Assembly: GCA_951406725.2 (NCBI GenBank)
Contig: OX597839.1
Coordinates: 15,562,001-15,626,000, forward strand
Reading direction: 5' to 3'
From: Octopus vulgaris
Lineage: Eukaryota
Length of the DNA: 64,000 nucleotides
Under the pieces are notes generated by a model. It did not search any database. It had not been told where the DNA came from and saw only the letters and a program-made list of their open reading frames with translations. Of this stretch, positions 56,255 through 64,000 are shown piece by piece. The translations under genes were made by a program, and so were the position numbers. The stretch's first letter is position 1; each line of letters opens with the position of its first letter.

Positions 56255-56760
56255 AATAACCTTTGCATTTGATTTTTTAATGTCTCTACCCCCATACTTT
56301 TGTGAGTTGAATTGAGCAAACACTATATGAGAGAGGTTTTCTTTAAGTATTGGAAATAGTTTTTGAAAAAGTTTTTTTAGCTGCTATTTCTAATGAGTTC
56401 AGTATGCGGCAAAGTAATTTATTTTACTAAGCCCTTTTATATAATGTAATAATTTGAATTCGCCTTAAATGGTCCCTTTGTATACTGAATACTTGGTAAA
56501 ATTGATTAATTAATTAATTTTACCCTCAATTGTTGAAATTATAATTCATCTCTCTCTATATAATGCCTCGGATTTTACCGAAAAAAGCATAGTGTTTGCT
56601 GATTTTAACCCACTCTGGTGGAAAGGGGAGAGCAGAAATTCTTCGCTTGCATATTTGAATTTGCTGGCACTGTTAGTTTTGAGCAGATCTTCGGAAGTGA
56701 TAACAAGCCGAAAGGGTATGCTCCCACTTTCAGTGTTTTCAAATCCAAACCAGGGAGTTC

Positions 56761-56813
56761 TGAGCTGATGATAGAAGTGTCGATTTTGACTAATCTTGAA
56801 ACGTACGTTCTCA
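56761..56813 (+). ncRNA. Minimal type I hammerhead ribozyme motif
   Basis: Identical to 56202-56254, 559 bp downstream. Confidence 0.78.
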
Positions 56814-57080
56814 AATAACCTTTGCATTTGATTTTTTAATGTCTCTACCCCCATACTTTTGTGAGTTGAATTGAGCAAACACTATATGAGAGAGGTTTTC
56901 TTTAAGTATTGGAAATAGTTTTTGAAAAAGTTTTTTTTAGCTGCTATTTCTAATGAGTTCAGTATGCGGCAAAGTAATTTATTTTACTAAGCCCTGTTAT
57001 ATAATATATGTAAATATATATATATGTATATATATATGTGTATCTATATATATGTATATATATATATATGTGTATCTATA

Positions 57081-57163
<83 letters not shown>

Positions 57164-57202
57164 GTGTATGTATATATATATATGTATATATATATATGTA
57201 TG

Positions 57203-57235
<33 letters not shown>

Positions 57236-57308
57236 GCATATATATATGTGTGTATATATATATATGTATATATACATATGTATCTATATATATGTATATA
57301 TATATATG

Positions 57309-57377
<69 letters not shown>

Positions 57378-57410
57378 GTATATATATATGTATATATATA
57401 TATGTATATA

Positions 57411-57523
<113 letters not shown>

Positions 57524-57538
57524 TTATATATGTATATA

Positions 57539-58029
<491 letters not shown>

Positions 58030-58053
58030 CATATATATATTTATATATATATT

Positions 58054-58089
<36 letters not shown>

Positions 58090-58197
58090 ATATATATTAT
58101 ATATATGTGTATCTATATATGTGTATCTATATATATGTGTATCTATATATATATGTGTATCTATATATATGTGTATATATATGTATATATATATATG

Positions 58198-58244
<47 letters not shown>

Positions 58245-58559
58245 ATATATATATGTATATATATATATGTATATATATATATGTATATATATATATGTAT
58301 ATATATATATGTATATATATATATGTATATATATATATGTATATATATATATATGTGTATATATATATATGTATATTATATATATGTATATATATATGTG
58401 TATATATATATGTATATATATATATGTATATATATATGTATATATATATATGTATATATATATATGTATATATATATATATGTATATATATATGTGTATA
58501 TATATATGTATATATATATATGTATATATATATATTATATATATATATGTATATATATG

Positions 58560-58653
<94 letters not shown>

Positions 58654-59334
58654 TTGAGTTGTGGGGTATCGCACGAGTGGGATTATATATGAAAAAAGGT
58701 TTGAAAATGCAATTTAAACGATGTTTATTTACTTAACCGGTTTCACTCTTTGTTAAAAAGATTGTCAAAAGTAACATTGAATATTATGGGTTCAAAAAAA
58801 GTTTTTTACATAATTGTCACATTGAATATTATGAATTCAAAAATGTTTTTTTATACATAATTGTCACATTACATGTATAAATATAGTATAAAAAAGTTCA
58901 ATAGTGTGATGAGAATATTTGGAAAAATTGGCAGAAAAGAATAAAACAAATATATTATTGGAAATTTGGTTGCGTTAATTATTGGTTGTCGCAAATTGTC
59001 ACATTACATGTATATATATACAGTCTTTGGTAGAAATGACATGTTAAAGACATAAGGAAGTGTAATAGTTTGGTGAGAAAGCTTGTAATATTGACAGAGA
59101 AAATTAAAATGGATATTTTAGACATCTCAGAATATTTTGAATCGAAGGCGAGAATTTGTTTTTTACTGACCTGTTTGTTTTAGCAGAAAAGTTGAATTGA
59201 GAGAAAAAAAGATATGTACCCAATTTGGTTTATACTTCCCCTTCAAGCATCAGTGACTTTGGGGTTATTGGGAGGTGAGTATGCGGGTGTGAATAGATGT
59301 GTCCGTGTGCCTGCTGGTCAGACAGCGTCTGTTT

Positions 59335-59538
59335 GTCACACACATATATACACACACACACACAACAACAATACACACACACACATAGTATACACACACA
59401 CACCACATACACACAACACACACACACACAGAACACACACACACACAACGCACCCACATATATAATATATACACACAGCACACAAATATAACATGTATTT
59501 ATATATAATATACACACATATATAAAACATACACACAC

Positions 59539-59590
<52 letters not shown>

Positions 59591-60373
59591 TATATACATA
59601 ATATAAATATCACACAAATACACCTAGCATATATATACACATACAATACACATACACAGCATGTATATAATACACATACACAATATATGCATGCAATATA
59701 CATACGCAATACATACATATAATATATATATATATAGACAATGCATATACATATATACATATATACATATAAATAGTGTTTACATACACATACATAGATA
59801 TACCACATATACACACAATATACATACATACAATGCATACACATACACGTACGCATACATATAAAATATATAGACACACACACACATAACATACATACAC
59901 AATGCATACATATATATACACGCAACGTATATACATGTATTCATGTATATATAGCACACTTACAATATACATATATACAATGCACACATACACACATATA
60001 TACACTTAATTGTACACATACATATACAATACACATACATACAATATACATATACACAATGCGCATGCAAATAATGCACATGTTTATACACCCATATACA
60101 TGAAAATATATATACACACACACACATACACACACACATATATATATATACACATATATATATATATATACACATATACATACATACATACATGCACATA
60201 CATATATTTTTTCACACACATACACACACATATATATATAAAATTCACACACACACCCACACACACAAAATACAAACCTATAGTGTACACACTCAAATAT
60301 ATCTCTACATACCGCACACACACACAAACAATGTACTCACATATACACACATACCATGCATATACACACACAG

Positions 60374-60405
<32 letters not shown>

Positions 60406-60680
60406 AACAAATACACATGTAAATACATACACTCGTACACAATGCTCACACACACACACATACACACACACACGCACACAGTGCACACACACACACATAT
60501 ATACACACGTGCACACACACACACAACGCGCGCACACACACACACACATACACACACGCACACAGTGCACACACACACACACACATAAACACACGCGCAC
60601 ACACACACACACAACGTGCACACTCACACACACACACACAACACTCACACACATACATAACCTACATATATATAATGCAT
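59335..60680. repeat. Degenerate (CA)n/(TA)n microsatellite
   Basis: Direct inspection. Confidence 0.9.
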
Positions 60681-60826
60681 GCGTGTGCGTGCCACGTATG
60701 TGTGCGGTCAATGCCCGCTAGTGTGTCCTATGCGTGCCGATGCGCGCATGTGCCCACCCGCACGATATGCTGTGAGTGTGCGCGTGCCCCTGTGTGCCTG
60801 CTCTGGATGTGTGCCCAGGGGGTATG

Positions 60827-63103
60827 TTAGAGTATGTTTAGTTGTGGTCTGTATTTTTGAATAAGATTACTTTCCTTATTTATTCGTGTTTGGTCTGTGG
60901 TGTTGTCCGAGCATTGGTATAGTGGGAAGACTAAGAATTTGGGGGACTTATTGTGTGCACAAAGGTCTAAGTGTCCACTTAGTGGTATCTGTCTTGTGGA
61001 GGGGTCCCTCAGTTGTTGTCGGTGAACTGTCATTCTTTCTCTGAGGGTAAGGCTCGTTTGCCCTATGTAGTCTTCGTGGCATCCTTCACACCTTATGACG
61101 TAGAGTAAATTTTTTGATGCGCACGTGAAATTATTTTTTATGATGAATGTGTGTCCCGAGTGGAACTTGTACGACGATCCCTCAATGAGGTGGATGCAGG
61201 TCTTGCAATTGGGGCGACCACATTTTTTGATGGTGGGCGGTGGGTTTGTGTTGTGTAATTTTGCGTTGGTGAGGAGGTTTTTTAGGGATTTAGGTTGTCT
61301 CTTACTTTTTATTATTTTATGAGCTGCCAGTATTTTTTTCAGGCGTGGGTCTTGATTTAGTTGTGGAATGTTGTTGTATATAATAGTGTAAGCTTCTGCA
61401 TTCCTTGGGTTGTGTGTTGAGAGATAGGGGAGGCTATTTACTGAACTGTGGATGTGTTTGGGTTTTCGTAGGTCTTGAATGTTGATTGATTTGGCCCGTT
61501 CTATTCCGTTGTCTACTAGTGATGCCGGGTAATGTCTTTCGAGAAGAATTGCCCTTAGTTCCCGGAGTCTTCTATTTCGTGTTGTGTCATTTGAGACAAT
61601 AGTGCAGATTCTTCTCGCTAGGTTGAAGGGGATATTTGTCTTTGTGTGTTTTGGGTGATTGGAGGTGAATAGAAGGTATTGTTTAGAGTCAGTGGGTTTG
61701 TAATGGATGTCAGTTTCAATGTTGACGCCTTTTTTAATGATTAGGATGTCAAGAAAAGGGAGTTGGTCCTGACTATATTCCATTGTGAATTGAATGTTGT
61801 TATTAACACTGTTGATAAGGTTTTTGAAGTCTTTAAGTTGGTCGAGTGTGTGGGACCATAGGATGAGGCAATCATCTAAGTAGCGTTTCCAGTTCTCCAA
61901 CAGGTATTTGTGGAAAGACTGGCCGTACTTATATTTGGATTTTTCATAGATATGTGATTCCAGGTAGGCCATCACCAGGTTTGCATAGGTAGGTGCAACT
62001 TTCGTACCCATTGCAGTTCCTGAGACCTGTCTGTAAGTGTTGTTGTGGAAATACATGAAGTTGTTTTGCAGAATAAATTTGAGGCCCTCAATTATGAATT
62101 CTTTTTTAATTCTTTCCGGGATCTCATTGGGATATTTATCCAGCCAGAATTTAATGGCTTCCAGTCCATATTCATGTGGGATTGTGGTGTAAAGATTAAT
62201 AACATCAAAAGAAACGATTAAGGTGTCTTTATCGGCATGTTTGGGGAGATGATTTAATAGGTCCAGGTCATCTCTTACAATACTTGGAATGTGTTTCAGT
62301 ATTGGCTTTAAGATGATATCTATAAAGTTGCTAAGTCTGTGTGTTTCACAACTTGGGCCTGCCACTATTGGTCTCAGTTTGAGATCAGTGGGATGTGGTA
62401 TAGTGATGCAGGTTGAAGTGGACTTTTTGCAAGCTTCTGTGATAATTTGACTCTTGTGTATTTTTGGAAGCCCATAGAGTGTGCTGGTTTTGCAATTAAA
62501 TTTAGTAATGTAGTCGCATTCCTTTGCTGTCAAGTCATTCCGGTGTTGGTAAATGAGTGCCTTCAGTTTGGTCATTGTTTTGGATTGCTGGTAGTCGACT
62601 ACTCTCTCATAGTATGTGGTATCCTCTAAAAGGAGAGATACAGAGTTTTTATATTGCTCAGTATTCATAACAACGACCGTACTACCCTTATCAGCTTCCT
62701 TTATTGTGACGTTATGATTGTCTCGTAGCGTATGTATGATTTCCCATTCTCTTTTACTGGTGTTGGGTTTGAGTTTAGGTTGTGGGAGTTCACCATAAGG
62801 GAAGTTTGAGATGTAATCGCAAAATTTGTCTAAGGTTTTGTTTTTGCCTTTTATGGGATTATAGTTGCTTTTGTTACGGACCATTGATTCGTCGTTATTA
62901 TTAGTTTTCCTGTCAAAGAATTCCTCTGTGAGGCGTAATTTTCTGCAAAAGTGTGAGATGTCATCCTGTATTTCCCTCAGGTTAGGGTATTGCGGAGTTG
63001 GGGTGAATTTTAGTCCTCTTGAAAGGATTTTTATTTGTGGTGTCGACAGGTTTAGGTTAGAGAGATTCACTATTTTTGGTTTTTCGGGGTTGGTATCTAC
63101 CAT
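60827..63103 (-). CDS. PLE reverse transcriptase + GIY-YIG endonuclease (758 aa, intact)
   Basis: LSRGLKFTP, IKEADKGS, LYGLPKIHK, LRPIV, SFDVINLYT, GTAMGT..AP.YANL, RYLDD, LPFLD, SNHPKH; CGRPNCKTC and LLYVIRC..C...YIGQT...RM..H. Confidence 0.95.
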   Translation of the reverse strand: MVDTNPEKPKIVNLSNLNLSTPQIKILSRGLKFTPTPQYPNLREIQDDISHFCRKLRLTEEFFDRKTNNNDESMVRNKSNYNPIKGKNKTLDKFCDYISNFPYGELPQPKLKPNTSKREWEIIHTLRDNHNVTIKEADKGSTVVVMNTEQYKNSVSLLLEDTTYYERVVDYQQSKTMTKLKALIYQHRNDLTAKECDYITKFNCKTSTLYGLPKIHKSQIITEACKKSTSTCITIPHPTDLKLRPIVAGPSCETHRLSNFIDIILKPILKHIPSIVRDDLDLLNHLPKHADKDTLIVSFDVINLYTTIPHEYGLEAIKFWLDKYPNEIPERIKKEFIIEGLKFILQNNFMYFHNNTYRQVSGTAMGTKVAPTYANLVMAYLESHIYEKSKYKYGQSFHKYLLENWKRYLDDCLILWSHTLDQLKDFKNLINSVNNNIQFTMEYSQDQLPFLDILIIKKGVNIETDIHYKPTDSKQYLLFTSNHPKHTKTNIPFNLARRICTIVSNDTTRNRRLRELRAILLERHYPASLVDNGIERAKSINIQDLRKPKHIHSSVNSLPYLSTHNPRNAEAYTIIYNNIPQLNQDPRLKKILAAHKIIKSKRQPKSLKNLLTNAKLHNTNPPPTIKKCGRPNCKTCIHLIEGSSYKFHSGHTFIIKNNFTCASKNLLYVIRCEGCHEDYIGQTSLTLRERMTVHRQQLRDPSTRQIPLSGHLDLCAHNKSPKFLVFPLYQCSDNTTDQTRINKESNLIQKYRPQLNIL

Positions 63104-63999
63104 CTGGTGTCGTGGAAACTGATGCCCTTGCCTAAAAAAGGAATCCTGGGGGTTCTTCTATCTGCGGTATTTTGCTGTATGTGATTCTGTCCCCCGTTGA
63201 TATGTTGTCTGTTGAAGAGGTTTTGGTTGTTGTGATTCTGTCCCCCGTTGATATGTTGTCTGTTGAAGAGGTTTTGGTTGTTCCAGGGTCTGGGTTGTTG
63301 GTGTGGCCTCCTGGAAGAGTTTTGGTTATTCCAGGGTCTGGGTTGTTTGTCCTGGGTGTAATGTTGGTTCCTTAGAGTGGGTTGGAAATTACATTCATGG
63401 TTTAGAAGTGAATTCCTATATGTTGGGGGAGAACTCTGAGTTAGGAGCGGTTTGGGTTGGAATCTACAATCATAGTTCAGAGATGGGTTTCTAAGTGATG
63501 GGTAGGATCTCCGAATCTGGAACGGTTCTTGTGTGGGTTGGGGTCTACGTTGTCTGGTAAAGTTTTGTCTTGTGATGATGGGTGTCTCGGTTCTTTTGAT
63601 GGGATTGTAGTGCTGTCTGTAAGTTCTGTTGTTGTTGTTGTCGATGTTAGGGGTGGTGTGTGTTCGGTGTTTTGTGGTTGGTTTTCTTTGTTTTTGGCGA
63701 GGGGTGTGAGTTGAGGTAGATATTTTAAAATATGGGTTGCTTGAAAGGTGTTCCTTTGTGAACTCTGTTTCATAATTGGCGAACCAGCTGTTTTTTTCCA
63801 TTCGCTGGAGGGATGTTAGTTCTTCATCCTCGCAGTTTTTTCTCCAGAGTTTGGTGGTTTCATCAAGGAGTGCTCCTTCACAGTGTTTTGAGATTTCAAT
63901 CTGCATTTCATTGTCAAGGGTCTTGAATTTTTCTTCACTGGCGTTGGCTCTGAGCCGCAAGAGTTCTACTTCCGTTTTGAATTTTTCAAAAGCTAGTTT
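63097..63999 (-). CDS. PLE upstream ORF: helical N-terminal part + Q/N/R/P-rich tail, open to the window edge
   Basis: No stop from 63999 down to TAG at 63097; overlaps the RT frame; internal repeats NNQNLFNRQHINGGQNH x2 and QPRPWNNQN x2. Confidence 0.75.
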   Translation of the reverse strand, partial: KLAFEKFKTEVELLRLRANASEEKFKTLDNEMQIEISKHCEGALLDETTKLWRKNCEDEELTSLQRMEKNSWFANYETEFTKEHLSSNPYFKISTSTHTPRQKQRKPTTKHRTHTTPNIDNNNNRTYRQHYNPIKRTETPIITRQNFTRQRRPQPTQEPFQIRRSYPSLRNPSLNYDCRFQPKPLLTQSSPPTYRNSLLNHECNFQPTLRNQHYTQDKQPRPWNNQNSSRRPHQQPRPWNNQNLFNRQHINGGQNHNNQNLFNRQHINGGQNHIQQNTADRRTPRIPFLGKGISFHDTRW

Positions 64000-64000
64000 C

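Larger units (their letters stand above)
55201..57005. repeat. ~559-bp hammerhead-bearing repeat: 1.35 units in one orientation, then ~1.9 inverted units
   Basis: 55201-55749 repeats at 55750-55943; reverse-complement copies at 55942-56498 and 56499-57005. Confidence 0.9.
58647..64000 (-). mobile_element. Penelope-like retroelement (RT + GIY-YIG, Neptune/Poseidon-type), 5' end outside the window
   Basis: Two ORFs, long CA/TA-rich 3' region, hammerhead relic near the inferred 3' end, terminates in (TA)n; 3' boundary is inferred. Confidence 0.85.

Noticed and set aside
55969-56878. 110-116 aa ORFs repeated in the 559-bp unit
   Set aside because: Antisense to the ribozyme, non-ATG start, no recognisable motif, and frameshifted in the 55201 copy.

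Overview
AT-rich metazoan genomic DNA. The SINE/RTE repeat types and the long (TA)n/(CA)n tracts look coleoid cephalopod, probably Octopus (inference). The first ~24.3 kb holds 13 consecutive, phase-consistent + strand exons of a CFAP74 (cilia- and flagella-associated protein 74) orthologue, including a 26-nt micro-exon and a probable GC-AG intron. Its introns carry Tc1/mariner remnants, hAT and piggyBac MITEs, RTE fragments, tRNA-SINEs, a 5S rRNA/tRNA composite SINE and a decayed Penelope-like fragment. From ~31.2 kb the window is a (TA)n-dominated cluster containing: five copies or fragments of a young CR1-group LINE (ORF1 Myb/SANT-like + CCCH finger, ORF2 APE-RT, tandem-repeat 5' UTR, (AATC)n tail); a ~559-bp tandem/inverted repeat whose units each carry a minimal hammerhead ribozyme; and an RT + GIY-YIG Penelope-like element with an extra upstream ORF. 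The main leads are in-phase U-UUU-UU(A/G) slippery heptamers at the -1 ORF junctions of both retroelements, a probable retrozyme-like hammerhead repeat, and six further hammerhead relics. Parts of the TA cluster show signs of assembly-consensus artefact. Family assignments rest on motif recognition only; no searches were run.
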